Positions 1 through 13,599 of a stretch of 64,000 bases of DNA are shown here, in pieces (the stretch's first letter is position 1; the number at the start of each line of letters is the position of its first letter). The notes beneath the pieces are model-generated. The model had not been told where the DNA came from. It did not search any database and was given only the letters and a program-made list of their open reading frames with translations. The translations under genes and the position numbers were made by a program. Source of the stretch: Takakia lepidozioides (Eukaryota; Plantae; Bryophyta); assembly GCA_030704615.1 (NCBI GenBank), contig CM060732.1, positions 27,838,001-27,902,000 of the forward strand, written 5' to 3'.

Positions 1-2064
1 ATGATTGCTTGTGATAATCCTGAGGTTTGTGAAAATTACCTCCTCTCGAAGTGGTTTAAGTCCGTGATCTTTTGTGCTGTTGGACTAGAGATGAATGGTC
101 TTCTTATGTTTGTTAATTCTATGGACTTACAAGGGAGAGTCTGTAGTCCGTCTGCTTTTGGCATTGTGAGTTTTACACATGCCAAATCGCGAAGGGTAGC
201 ATGGCCAGATTGTGGAAGGCCTTGGGGTTAGGTCAGCGCATGGGCCCTTGGTGGAGTTTATGCAATGCACCACACCCAGCCTTAATTCCATGGGCAGGGA
301 CTTCTTAAGGGTCCATAAGAGGAAGTGATGGAGGGCAGATGATCTGTCTGTCTGTCTGTCACTTTTTAGCTTCGACAGTGGTCTTCCGGGGCCAGGGAAA
401 AAATGTGGAGGATGGTTTACAGCCTGTATGCGACCACCATCAGTTGTGTTATGGTCAATGGTCAGAACTCTTATTTCTTTGACGTTGACCAAGTTGTAGC
501 TGAAGGTTGTAACTTGTAACCTCTTCCCACTGCTCTTCAATGTTTATTAATCAGCTACTTGAAGATGTGGAAAGCGAGGGATTTGGGTTGAGGGTGGGTG
601 ATGCCACCTTACTGCAAACATAACTTTGTGGGCCTAGGAATACCTCATCCAATCTTCAGGAGTTCAGTGATTGGGCAAAGAGGTACCTTGACCTCTGGAG
701 GCTAGAAGCCAATGTTAGTAAATATGCAGTGGTGGCCTTCAACGATCGTGGGAAGGGAGGAGGGGATCTCAAATGGACATGGTGCAGTGAAGAGGTCCTT
801 GTGCTCCCTTCCTACACATATCTTGATGTTGAATTTTCCTCCAGTAACTGGGATGTGCATACAGAAAGTGGTTCAAACAGCTAAACACGAAGCTTTGGGT
901 CTGCTTCAAATTTCCAAGAGGGATTAATACTGAAATTAAAAGGAGCGTGCTTTGCAACATTATTAGGCCTATCATGGAGTACACATCTGCCGTTTGCGAA
1001 GACAACTCCAACCGTGCTAAGACTTTGGACCCATTCAGCTTTGTTTCTCAAAGAGAGCATGCCAGCATGCTCTAGAACAGCTAATGTGGCTGTTCGGGCT
1101 GAGTTTGGCATTGAGCTATGGACGTTGGGAGTTCAATGTCAGATGTTGGTGTCAGTTGAAGTGCATGCCTGATACCAGATACCCTAAGATGATCAATATT
1201 ATTTCTTGGAAGCAAGACCATCCTGTTAAGCAGGCTGCGTCCTGGCGGAAAAGTGTAGAGGAGATTTTCAATTACCTGAATGTTAGGCAGGAAGAATTGA
1301 TCCTGCTAGATGAAGCTGACTTGGAGGCTGAAATGTCCAAGGCCATGTCTGAACAAAATGAAGTTAGGCATAAAACTTCCCTGAACTTGTTCCTAGTTTG
1401 TGAGATAGGTGAGGATCTTGAGGATGACCTGAAGGGCTTGGCACTAGACTGCAATTTAAACTCAGGAGCGGCATTAAGGGATTTGTGCCTGTACCTCTGT
1501 TTACCAACTTGGAAAATCTTGGCTGAGCCAAAAGCTCAGGCCTTTTGGGGCCTAATTAGTTGGGCAAATCACACACAGCAGATTGATGCTTGTGTAAAGG
1601 GATTTCTAGAGGATATCTGGAAAACTCGGATCAATTGTCTGTCGCAAGGTAAGTCATACTACCGACGTCAGGCCCTGACAAAGGTAGTTTCTGTCCCTTT
1701 GTGTGGGCTTGGGGTCAACTGCCACAAGGCTACAGCAAGCAACGGCTTATGATACATTCTCTCTCTCTCTCTCTCTCTCTAGTAAACTTTGGCCACAAGG
1801 CTATGGTAAACTATGTTTATGAGTGCATTCTCTAGTAAACTTCCTGGAAGCATCTTGAATGGATGGTGTGCTTCTCTCTGGCAGTGTAAAATCGAGTGGT
1901 TTCACTTTGACTGCGTGGGAATTAAGAAGCGGCCTAAAGGCAAATGGTACTGCACGGATTGTTCTGCACTAATGAAACGACGTCGAGCCAAGGTGCCCAT
2001 TGGAGGAAAGGTTGGTCATCAGACCATGAAGAAAAGTCACAATGAGTTGCAATATTCATCTTAG
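1..2064 (+). CDS. ING1: 3' part of ING1-like PHD finger gene: exon end 1-24 (MIACDNPE), intron 25-1884, exon 1885-2064 (CKIEWFHFDCVGIKKRPKGKWYCTDC...)
   Basis: GT donor at 25 and CAG acceptor at 1882-1884 splice in frame to give MIACDNPE-CKIEWFHFxCVG...PKGKWYC, the ING-family PHD signature. CKIEWFHF is typical of plant ING1. The gene starts upstream of the window. The exact C-terminus is uncertain because of a possible donor at 1993. Confidence 0.85.
380..1780 (+). mobile_element. Degenerate, 5'-truncated LINE (3' half of RT), same family as 9258-13437, inside the ING1 intron
   Basis: Colinear similarity to about 12100-13260 (e.g. CTGCTCTTCAATGTT, GGGCTAGAxGCxAATGT, SWKQDHPVKQAASWRKSVEEI vs SWKQDRPVKQAKSWQKRVEEI). 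Many frameshifts. Ends in a (CT)n tail at about 1757-1780. Confidence 0.85.
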
Positions 2065-3250
2065 TGAAGGGTTAACTGAGTTGAAATCACAAAGTTGACT
2101 CAACGGGTGCTAAATGCAAAGCCACTTTGTACCCCTGAAAGAAGCAGAAAATGTGTAGATCCTAGATACATACAGGCCTACGGCAAAGGACATTATTTCA
2201 TTCAGAAAGATGGTAATATGCTGTCTGGATTTGTCAAGTCTGGTTCAAGGTGTAGGTTGGTTGAACCCTTAACTGTCCAAGCATTGTCCTACAAAGTTCC
2301 CCTAAACAGCATCCCTTTAACATCAGAAATTATCTATAAATTCTTGTTCTGGTGAGTGCATTCACGTACCTCACAGGCGGTCTAGAAACATCCTTGGCAG
2401 ATTAAAGTGTGGGCCAAAGAAATGAGGTGCCTTGAACTGGGTACAAAATAACAGTATGCATTCTTCAGTATGGGGGCTCTAGTTTTTGCCACAGGTGGTA
2501 TGCCAGCTCAACTTTTTGGCTTCATTCTCCAAGTAGGTTATTGAATTACAAGCTTTCTCTTGGGGGCTGTACCAAAAAGTCTAGAGTCCTTGCTTATGAC
2601 CTGCCCAAGCCAATAATTTGATAAGGTCAGTCAGTTTGGAGCCAGGGAATGTTTGACTCAGGGCCTCTATTATCAGACTGTGAACAATGGACAAAGATCT
2701 TCCCTAACCTGACTGGATGATAGACCTAATGACCTGAAGATGGCAATATGGATTATTCATCAACAAACGATAGGGTTGGATTATTCCTAGAATTGACTTC
2801 TTTCCTGGTGGTCATTTCATTCCAAAAATGTTGTTGGAAATCCTACCCTAATAAAGGTGTCTAATCATTTAACCCCTAAAGGACGAGCTATTTTTTGGTG
2901 GGCCCACTAAAAAAGGGTACATACCCTCATGGCCGAAGGTGTAACTTCTTACCCCATGGGGATGAACCTTAATACTTATGTGCATATCTACTAGATCCAT
3001 GGCCTGTCAAAAATATAGGCTAATTGACCATTGCATAAGGGAGATTATAACAAACGAATATGCCCCAATTTGTAAATATATTCAAAAACTGCATGGAAAA
3101 AATTGTTTGACCACAAATTGAAGTATCGAGTTGAATCTTTCTAGACAAAGGCCCTCCATAGTCTGATTGAATGGCTTTCCCACTTTTTTCATCCTCTCTT
3201 GGCGCTCTTCCTTTCTTCTTGGTCCACTTGTGAGAGGGGTCCATTGCGTG

Positions 3251-6200
3251 TTACACTAGAGCTCCTAGGAGTACTACTTTCCAGTTACCAGCGTTGGAGG
3301 GCTCATCTGCAAAAAAAACTTGCTCGACTTGCCATGGAAATGTGAATGGTTCATCTCCCGGTGGCAGCATGCGATCGAAGTCCACGAGTAGGAAACCATA
3401 CTCATCCTTCTTCATGGTGCGGTTGCGACCTGTCAAGCTTGCTCTGACCCATTCACATATGAATACTACATGAGTGACAGCACCATACTGAAGCTGTAAA
3501 AATTCACGAACAACACCAACAGATTGCAGTTGGTTCATGACAGGGTTACCATCCACACCCCTTCCCGTTGACTCTTCGGCAAAAATCTGTGCAACCCCAG
3601 AGTCGAATATGACATGGTAATCAACCACACCTGTTTCCACCACTCTGTAGTGATTTCCGTATGCCCACATAGAGCGAAATGAACGAGCAACAAACCCTGG
3701 TGGCTTACACAGATGACAAATATTTGCATCATACGCTGCTCCTCTTGAAACAACATTTTGTACTGCCGACTGTATCCACATATGAAAAGCAGGCAAAGGC
3801 AACATGTTTTCGGGGTATGGAACGGTGCGTTGGTGTGCATTTCTCCCTTGGGTGCTGTATGTGGCTCGAAATTCGGCTCTGGCTGATTCTATGGTGGCCT
3901 TCTCAATATCATAAAGTCTGGTCATACTCAATTCACACTTAGTCAGAACCATAATATGTACAAAGAGGCTGAGTGTAAATTGAGAATGCGCGAATTTTGT
4001 ATCCGGAAAAATACCCCAGAGTTAGCATGTGAAGCTAAATAAATGATGTATACTTACCTCAGAAACAGTCTCATGCACGCCGTGTTGTGAAGCACATAGT
4101 CGTGTGCACTGGCCCGAAGCTCAGCCGATAGTTTCCTTGGAGTTCCTTTCGCCCTCTAATACTTCTCCCGCAACACTTTCTTCTTCGTTGGAATCCCAGA
4201 CCCTTCTACGAGTTCCTGGAAATGCAGCCATGTACTCTGTGAGGAGGCCAAGAGCCTCATCAAGAGAATACCTGCTGGCCATGCAACCTTCTGGCGGGGC
4301 ATAGCTCTTCACATATCCCTTCAAATTTTTCATGTACCTCTCGATGGGGTACATCCAACGTGAACTAACAGGACCACAAACCTCCAATTCATCCACAAGG
4401 TGTAGCACAAGGTGGGTCATGAGATCGAAAATCGGTGTCTTTAGAGCACCCAAAGTTGCATAGAAGGTAGTAGTTTCCTGTCGATTCAACACGTAAGGAG
4501 CCTGCGGCTTCACCAACTTCCTGCCATCTCCGGGGTGGGGTTTTAACCATAAGTGAGGTCGTATGCCCTCATTCTCCATGTCCTTCCTGCTCTTTACTGT
4601 GTCCTTTTCCCCCAATATGGTGCGCAATATGTTTTCATAAATGTTTTTTTCACAGTGCATAACATCAAGGGTATACCGTATCAACAAATCGTGCAATCAT
4701 GGAACCACCATCAATATGGTATATTTTGATGGTAAAGCCAAGAGATGACATCTTAATAATGGGAAAAGGAAGAAACCAGTCTTGCATGTTCAAACAGTAT
4801 CCTGAGAGACAAACGCCAGACATTTTCATGGAAACAACCATATTGCTGCTACATGTGCCATACATAGGCGACTCCAAACTTGCTTCATGCAATTTGCATT
4901 AGGCTGAAATCTAAGTCGTGTGTGATGATCCTTACAACTGTATCCATGCAACTATGAAATCAGCCCTGCCGACAAACAAACAATGAAGCACCTTCCAATA
5001 TGGCAGGTTCCAAAGGATCGACCTTCGCTTCATGCCATGGGATTTGGCAGGGCACACATTCCGGCGACGTCTGCCGAATGTTTCCATGAACCTCTCGTTT
5101 TCCTCCGCATTTTGGAGCTGATCCACAGTGGATACTTTGGGGGGGGGGGGGGGTGGTCTGTGATCGGAGGCTCCATTGAAGTGGTTGCGATTGCGTCTAT
5201 ATGGACTGCTGGTAAAAAAAATCTTTGCCCCTCGTACACCATTTTGCTCAGTGCACTGGAGTGCCTGGCATCAAGATTGGGCCCGCACACGGGACAAGCC
5301 TTGTAGCCCCCAACTGCACACCCTGCTAGCATGGCATATGCAGGATAGTCATGTACTGACCACATCAGAATGGCTCTCATGACAAAGGTCCTTGATCCTT
5401 CATTGCGAGATGCATCATTAGCCCTAACACCTTCCCACAAACACGGTCAGCTCATCCACCAGAGTTTGCAAGAACACATCCGCATTGGTCTTCTTCACGG
5501 ATGTCGGCCCTGGAATTAAGAGTGTCAACATCATAAAAAAAGGCTTTGTGCTCAGCCAAGGAGGAAGGTTGTAGTTCATGAGCAAGACAGGCCACGTAGA
5601 CCATTTTGTTGATTTATCATCAAAGGGATTGATACCATCCCATGCCAGACCTAGTCGCAAGTTGCGAGGTTCAGCTGCAAAAGCAGGCCATGTATCGTCA
5701 ATGTATTTCCATGCAAGGCTGTCAGGCGGGTGTCTCATCTTCCCATCTTGACTTTGGTTCTCCGTGTGCCACACCATAAGCTTACATATCTCCTTGCACT
5801 TGTACATGCGCTGCAGCCGAGGAATCAAGGGGAAATGCCGCAAGACCTTTTGTGGAACCAACGTCTTCATGCCAGGGATGTACCGAGGCGCCCCACATTT
5901 AGGGCAAGATGGTGCATCCTGCAGATCTCCCCTGTATAGCACACATCCCTTCTCACAAGCATGGATGCTATCGTAATTAAGCCCAACTTTTGTTATAAGT
6001 TTCTTCGCTTCGTAATGAGATTTGGGCAAAAAGTTCCCTTTAGGCAATAGATGTCCGTGCAAAAGTTTCAGAAGCTCATCCATCGTTGCGTTTGTGACAC
6101 CATGAGTAGCACTAACATTGAGCAAGAGCAACGTCGCACTCAAGCAGCTGGTGGGGCAGCCAACATACAGAGGTGTGGTTGCTTGATGCTGAAATTGGAA

Positions 6201-6890
6201 AGCAGCACCGTCATCCCCATCCCCATGACTTTGTCCATCATGATGGCGCTCGTCTTCTCCAAGCCCTTCATCCTCATCAATGGTGCTTTGTACATTATCT
6301 GCAACTGCAAACGTTTCCTGCAACATGCGAATGATGTCGACGCCGGGGTCTAGATTCTCTCCACCACGAACAGGAATAGGGCTAATCTGTCTCAGAACAT
6401 CATCCTCAGGGGGGCTACGTTCTTCCACAAAGTCTTTGTCTTCGGAGTCGACACTCTCCACCTGCATGTTCACCTCCAAAGTATAAGAGTATAGTCTTGT
6501 CCAAAATGTAACTTGTTGCATAAAACAGGGAATCTCCTATTTGACCGTGCTAGTTTCCATACAGTAGTCCACCGTACATGTACAGTAGAGGGCCGTTCAA
6601 CATTAGCATTCTAAGGGCTTCATCCTAAGTTATGTCTGTGAGAAGTGAGGCGAGAGATGCACGTCACTCACCATGGGATAACCCAACAGTGGATCCCGGT
6701 CGTTGGCAAGCAAATGCAATTTGGCAGTTTCCACGAATTGGAGTCGACCCCCATGGCAGTCGTTGCAGGGACACATTATCTTTGAAAGATCCAGTCTAGT
6801 TGCACGTTGTTCCTCGATTTGCCAAAGTCTTGCGTCAGTGTCGGGCACCGTAGTGCGGCGCCGGGTGTTTCTAGTTCCGACCTCTCTCAT
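3251..6890 (-). pseudogene. CACTA/En-Spm TnpD-type transposase, multi-exon, frameshifted, 3' truncated
   Basis: Transposase-associated CPCNDC motif (6630-6890). Transposase_21 motifs HACEKGCVLY, CPKC..PRY, FPLIPRL, HPPDSLAW, EPRNLRLGLAWDGINPF and DYPAY...CPVC. DUF4218-like LDVMHCEKNI and WMYPIERYM. DUF4216-like F.CEW and EPF.FP.Q.EQVFF. Confidence 0.92.
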
Positions 6891-7115
6891 TTATGACAAA
6901 ACGCTTCTGGGTTTGAGTAGTTTTTGAAGTGGGAAGTCAGTGAGTGCTCGGATGTGGGGAACCTACGCCTGGCTTGCAGGCGTTGGAGTATTCGTATGGC
7001 GGGTCCACCTCCCCTCTGTTTCCTACATGCGGTCCTTCTATTGTTTGATCAGTAGATCATGGTAGTCTTGTTTGAGGTCGATTACTGCAATTTGAGCGAC
7101 GAGGAGGAACCCGCC

Positions 7116-7887
7116 ATGGCACGGACACGCAGCAGCAGGACCCCCCAAGCGCATAGTGCCCGCGCCCCCACCACCTCCGCAAGAAGACCCTACCCGACTG
7201 CACTGGCTTCCCGCGCACCCGCACCCAAGCCCTCTGCACCCAAGGCCTCTACACCCGACACCCCTCCACGCAGTGCCTACGAGGAAGAGCGAGAGAGGCG
7301 CATAGCAGCCAACAAGGAGACGTTGTCTCAGCTGAACATTGGGAGCGTTGCGCACAGGTGAGCATATCACCCTTGTCCTTAGTATGCATGCTACACAGGT
7401 AGTGAGTAGGGTTTCCCACCACATTAGCCTACTGCTTTTCCCCCCCATAGGTTTGATGGTGATGGCACTTTCACGATCGCCTTGGGTTTAGGGCAAGATT
7501 CTCACAAGGTTTTGGAAATGTGTGCGCAGCATAGCCAGGAGTGTACAACAGCCAACTAGGAGCTCCAAAGTTGTGTGGAACGGGCCTCCTCGACGAAGCG
7601 GGCGCTTGAAAGAACTAGCATTACCTTCGATGGCGGAGGAAGAGCCTGAGACTCCCCAGCTGGTGGGCTCTGAGGCAGAGGAACTTGACGAGCGTGATCA
7701 GGAGCTCGATGAGGATTACAAAATAGAGGAAATGGACGAGGACCTAGAGGAGGACGAGGATGGAGATGATGTGGACAAGGTATCAGATTTGGAGAACTAC
7801 ATCAGTGGTGCATGTGGACTGACCGAGCCTCCCAATGCAACGCATGCTCAGAGGGCACCCAAACGGCCAGCTCCTCTTCCACGAGAG
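7116..7887 (+). CDS. Probable CACTA accessory (ORF2-like) gene, first two exons, divergent from the transposase and truncated downstream
   Basis: ATG at 7116, Pro/Ala-rich N-terminus, SAYEEERERRIAANKETLSQLNI motif of the type seen in CACTA second ORFs, acidic tract, GT donors at about 7358 and 7888. Confidence 0.55.
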
Positions 7888-9257
7888 GTAAGTGGGCATT
7901 TTCTTTTTGATTTTTTTAGGTTTTTGGCAGGGTTCATGTGGTTGATATGAGAATGCCCCGAGCACGGTTGGGATAAGGGTCACATCTTCCAAGTAAAGAA
8001 GTTGTAATGGCAAGCAATGGGCTTTTGCAATATGCTCCCCTCTGTTTTCAAATGGGTACACATGAGTGGGGGGAATGAAAGGACTTCACCAGTTGCATGG
8101 GACATTGATCTGTCTACTACTTGGAACCCAATTTGTCAGTGACGTATTCTATTTTAAAGTCCAGCAATGCTTGTGTGCTTGGGAGCTTTGATCCTTTGGC
8201 CGTCGCCTTTGCAGTAGTTGCTTTTGGTGTACTCATGCATGTGGTTTGGCTCCTATTTTCATTTTTTGTACACTTTGGTCTCATCAGAAATGCTTGGCAG
8301 CTTATGTGCATTTGGAGTGGACCCTTGGGGAATCCCGTCATTCCCCGATATTTTGGGGCTGCTCATGCCTCTGGATTTGCGTCTTCTTATTTGTTTTTCC
8401 TTTTGGTCCCAGCAGTTCTTTCCATTTTCCACTAGCAGTATGAAGCACCACTTTCTTGCCCTCTATACCTCATGATACAAGGGAGATTCTACTGTCTATT
8501 CCTTGGAACCCAAATCTGTTATAAAAGTCTTCTATACCTTTTTCCATTTTGTGCCATGAGAAATGTTTGGGAGCTTATATCCAGGAGGGTTACCTTTGGG
8601 CTGCTCATGCGTGTGTGTTTGGATGCAAGACAGTAGTTGCTTATGGGCTGTTTATGGCTGTGGTTTTGTCTCTTCTTGCTTGTGGGTTTCCTTTGGTCTC
8701 ATAAGCTTTTGAGCTCTTCACAATGATTTTGAAGGACCGTTTCATTTCATATCATGTTTTGTTTGCTGCTTTACTCTCCTCTTCAGAGTTTCCCCATTGG
8801 CTACCATCCACATTAATTTTACTGTTCTCTATACTACTGTCCTCTAGGAAGCCTATTGACATTGGGTGGACTTGAAACGGGAGTACATTAATGTTTCTGT
8901 GACTAAATGCCGGCCTTGTGACCTCGTGTCCTTGTTTGTTTCGACCTGAAGCGCTTTGCTTCAGGTAAGGTAGTGCATTGGATTTAGTTGGAAAGCTTGG
9001 GGCCTTTCCCTCTTTAGAATATGCCTACACGGGCCATTCCCTGCAACTCCCTGGAGTGTGATCTCTGAATGGTAACAAGCGGACTCCTACCGCTTGGGGG
9101 CAGCCCCTCCGCCCAAATTGGGCAGTCGTATGCTCTGTCTAGCATACTCGGCACTTGGGCTCAGGTTGGTTCCTGTGCTTAAACTTATGGGCCTGCGGAA
9201 ACAATAAAAATTTTAACTCCTATCAACATCAACACTCCTCAGGGTGATCCCTGGGAA

Positions 9258-12200
9258 TTGGTTACTTATGCCAAATCTAGGGCTTCATGTGTAGTTTTTG
9301 GGGTGAATCCCAGGATGGACGATGTGTCCTTTAAAACTACATGCTCTAGCTTAGGCTTGGATTTCATGGCTAATGGTACCATCTCGAGACTTGATAACAG
9401 GGGTACGTTGAAGGTTGCAATGACCAAAAGTGCTTCTAATAGAGTCCCGCATCAATTCAATCTCAAAGAAGTTCGTCCCTTGACTGGCTGGAGAGCGGTC
9501 TTAGACATTGGTGATTCAATGGGGCGCTCTAGGAAGACAACCAAGGGCAACAACTTCAACTTGAGAGTTTCTAATCGGTTTGATGCTCTGGATGAGGTTG
9601 AATCCAAACAGCCAGAAAGACAAGATGCCCCTAAGTGTACGGAACCTGAACGTCCTGAATCTGAAGGATTTGGTACTCTGAATGGCTTACCAATCCTCAA
9701 GGTTTACACAAGACGAACAAATTCTATACACGGGGTAATTGTCCCCAAGCCGTCAGATGGACAGTCTGTCCCTAAGTGTGCAGAGCTTGAACGTCATGTA
9801 ACTGAAGGATTTGGTACTCTAAATGGTTTACCAATCCTCAAAGTCTACACAAGACGAGCAAAATCTATACACGGGGTAATTGTCCCCAAGCAATCTGACG
9901 GACAATCTGCCATTATGTGTGTAGAGCCTGTGCGTCGTGTAACTGAAAGATTTGGTACCCTGAATGGTTTACCAATTCTCAAAGTTTACACAAGACGAGC
10001 AAATTCTACACATGGGGTAATTGTCCCCCCTTTGCAGAACGGTTGGCCGTCCAGGAGCAATCACAAGCTACCTAGACGACAAACAATTCACACGCAAAGG
10101 GCTGGCTTGCGGCTGGCCACTTTCAACTTCTCAGGGTTGACCAACCAAAGGAAACAACTTGAAGTGGGACAAGTTCTTCGGACTAATGATATTCATATCT
10201 GTGCTGGGCAAGAAACATGGGAAACGTCGGATAAACTGGTTGGAGATGTCATTGGTTATAAATGGGCAGGTAAGATGTGTACTCTCAAGGCAGCCTCTGC
10301 CAAACGCGGTCAAAAAGGGGTCGGATTCTTTGTCCGTGATTTCTTGTTTGACAATTGTGAAATTATCAACAAGGGTTTGAGGTACGAGCATAGTATCTGG
10401 CTAAAACAGAATTTGAAGGGCGGCATGAGTACAAAGGACCTCTTTGTTGGTTGTGTTTACATGCCCATAGAGGGGACCCTTAGTGCTGACGCAGACAAGG
10501 CCTTCGAAGATGTAAAGCTGGATTGTGCTTCGTTCCTTGCCAAAGGTCAGGTGGTACTATTGGGGGACTTCAATGCCCGGGTGGGCAAAGGGATCCATCA
10601 GGACGATATCATTGGACCTTTTGGTGAGGACGAACTGAATTCTAATGGCAGACGGTTAATTAACTGTCTAGAAGAGCTTCAGCTTTTGACCTTGAATAAC
10701 AGGACAAGTGGTGACCAAGTGCAGTGGACTTGTGAGAAATCCCAAACTGGGGAACGTTCCATTGTGGACTATATCATAATGGACAAAATTTTGTTCCCCC
10801 AGTGTGCCAATGTGTTGATCGACAGAACTGATATTGGTATCTGACCACTTCCTGGTTTGGACTGAGATCAAAAGGTGTTTTCCCACCACCAAGAGATCTG
10901 TGAAACGTTCGATTCGGAAGTGGCGCATAGATGAATTCCACAATGAGGAGGTCAAGGCTGAGTACGTCCAGGCCTTGCAAGAGGCTCTCCCTCATTTTGT
11001 CCAATCGCTCCAAGAACTTCAGTCACGCTGTGTTAACGCAAGAAATGAAGTCGAAAGAGCAGTGGACTCTTGGGAGAGTTTCGTTTCCTCCGTGGCTGAC
11101 AAGATCATTGGGAGGAAACTAATTGTCTGCGGTAGAGCAGTTAATTGGTGGACCAATGAGATTAAACTCAAGATAGCTGAGAGACGAGCCCTCTATAAAG
11201 AGTGCTGCAATTTGGAAACCAGCAGAGAATTGTGGGCGAGGTACTACCAGCTCTGTAAAGATATCAATCAGCTTGTTAGGTCTCAGAAGAAATTATACTG
11301 GGACAAGTTATACAGTGAAATAAACTCAAACCACCATGGTGGTAATGACAAGAAATTCTGGTTGGCCCTTCAACGTTTGTACAAGCCGAAAAACGGTCAG
11401 CAAGTACAAGCGCTAAAGACTACTAAAGGTGCAGTGGTGACTTCATCAGTTGACATTGTCAAAACCTTTGAAACTCACTACAGTATCCTTGGCAGAACTT
11501 CTAGGTCTAACAGTGAGGGGTCTTCTGCTAAATGGAGGGACACAGTTGGAAAAACTGTTCCTATGATTCAAAACAGCCGTGATGAACTGGAGTATATTTC
11601 AATGGCTTATAATGCTCCCATTAGTTCTTCTGAGATTGTGGAAGCAATTGAACATTTAAATGGATATAAAGCTGGTGGACCTGATGGTATTGTCAACGAG
11701 CTTATCAAGCACGGTGGCGATCCCATGATAGAGGCCCTAGTTCTCCTCTTTAACCTTATCTGGAAGACTGAAATGATCCCCTTTTGCTGGCGACAGGGGG
11801 TCATTGTCAATCTATACAAGAAGGGTGACAGAGAAGAACCGGGGAACTACCGTGGCATCACGCTCCTCAATGCTGTTGGCAAGACATTTTGCAGAGTTAT
11901 AAGTACTCGTCTCGAGGTTGATCTGGAGTCTAGAGGTTGTTTCCACGAAGGCCAAGCTGGCTTTCGGCAAAACAGGGGCTGTGTGGATCATATCTTCACT
12001 CTAAGCCAGATTATCCAGGGAAGGAAAAAAGAAGGGAAACCCACTTATGTTTTTTTCCTGGATGTCAAAAAGGCTCATGACACAGTGTGGAGAGATGGCC
12101 TATGGTTCCGCCTCTAGTCTTGTGGGATCAAGGGAAAGATGTGGAGAATTGTCCACAACTTGTATGCTCACACCAAAAGTTGTGTCACTGTTAACGGACA

Positions 12201-13437
12201 GAAGTCCAACTTCTTTGACATAGACCAAAGTGTAGCTCAAGGATGTACTCTCTCCCCTCTGCTCTTCAATGTTTTCATCAATCAACTCCTCGAGGATGTG
12301 GAAAGTGAGGGATTTCGGTTCAGGGTGGGTGATACCACCATACCAGCCCTTATGTTTGCGGATGACTTCGCAGGCATAGGGGAGACTCCAACCAATCTCC
12401 AGGAGTTGATTGATTGCACGAAGAGATACTTTGATCTTTGGGGGCTAGAGGCTAATGTCAGCAAATGTGCAGTGGTAGCATTCAACGACAGAGGAGAGGG
12501 AGGAAGTGATCTTAAGTGGCAGTGGGGTAGCCAAGAGATCCCGGTCCTCCCTTCCTACACTTACCTGGGCGTTGAGTTCTCCTCCAATTGTAATTGGGAT
12601 GCACATATCCGAAAAGTTGTTCAAACTGGCAAGGGCAAAGCTCTGGGGCTCACTAAATTTTTCCACTGCAGAGGGGTCAACTCTGAGGTTAAGAAAACCA
12701 TGCTTTGTCGCGTTATTAGACCTGCCTTGGAGTACGGATCTGCTATATGGATTGATAACTCCAACCAGGCTAAGTCTCTAGAATCCATTCAAGTGGGGGT
12801 GCTTAAGGAGTGTATGTCAGCATGCTCCAAAACAGCCAATGTGGCTGTTCGGGGTGAGTTTGGCATTCCATCCTTAAGCTCCCGACGAGATGAATTCAAG
12901 GTCAGATGGTGGGGTCAGCTGCAACATATGCCCAACACCAGATATCCTAAGTTAATCGACTCTATATCTTGGAAACAGGACCGCCCTGTCAAACAGGCTA
13001 AGTCCTGGCAGAAGAGAGTAGAAGAGATCCTCAAGGACCTGGACCTGGATCCGCAAGTCTTGACCCTGCTGGATAAATCTGACTTAGAGGCTGTAGTGTC
13101 CTCAGCCATGTCTGTTGCCATGAGATTGTCTGATGAAAATGAAGTTAGGCAGAAAACTTCCCTGAACTTGTTTCCAGTCTGTGACATGGGGGAGGACATC
13201 TTGGATGACCTCAAGGGTCTACCCACTCTCGACACTAGACTGAAATTTAAACTCAGGGTAGGAAGCCTACCTTTGAACAGCAAACAGAAGCAGAGAGGAA
13301 AGGGAGAGTGCAATTGCCCGTTGTGTGGGCAATCTGAAGACAATATTCATTTTCTGATACATTGTCCGGGGTTCGCTCACGACTCTTCCTCCCCCATCTT
13401 CCTGCCCCCTCTATTGTCATATGTTGATAATATGTGA
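9258..13437 (+). mobile_element. LINE retrotransposon (RTE/RTEX-like): APE endonuclease, reverse transcriptase and C-terminal CCHC; one frameshift (~10835), one stop (12115-12117), 3' truncated
   Basis: EN motifs ATFNFSG, GQETW, LLGDFNAR, IVDYI and SDH. RT motifs KAGGPDG, NYRGITLL, QAGFR, LDVKKAHD, QGCTLSPLLF, FADD and YTYLG. CPLC...HFLIHC knuckle. Confidence 0.95.
9628..10030 (+). repeat. Three tandem ~138-bp coding repeats (46 aa) upstream of the LINE endonuclease
   Basis: FGTLNGLPILKVYTRR(T/A)(N/K)S(I/T)HGVIVP occurs three times in ORF 9258-10844. Confidence 0.95.
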
Positions 13438-13599
13438 AGCCATTATCAGCCATTATCATATTGTACTCTCATTGATATGTACGATGGTCATCGGGGCCAG
13501 ATTGTGCCTACAAGGGATTCCCCAAAGAACCCCCAAAGAGGGTCGAAACATACAAGGAGGACTTCCCCAGTGACGTTTGGCGTGTTCAATGGATCAGAC

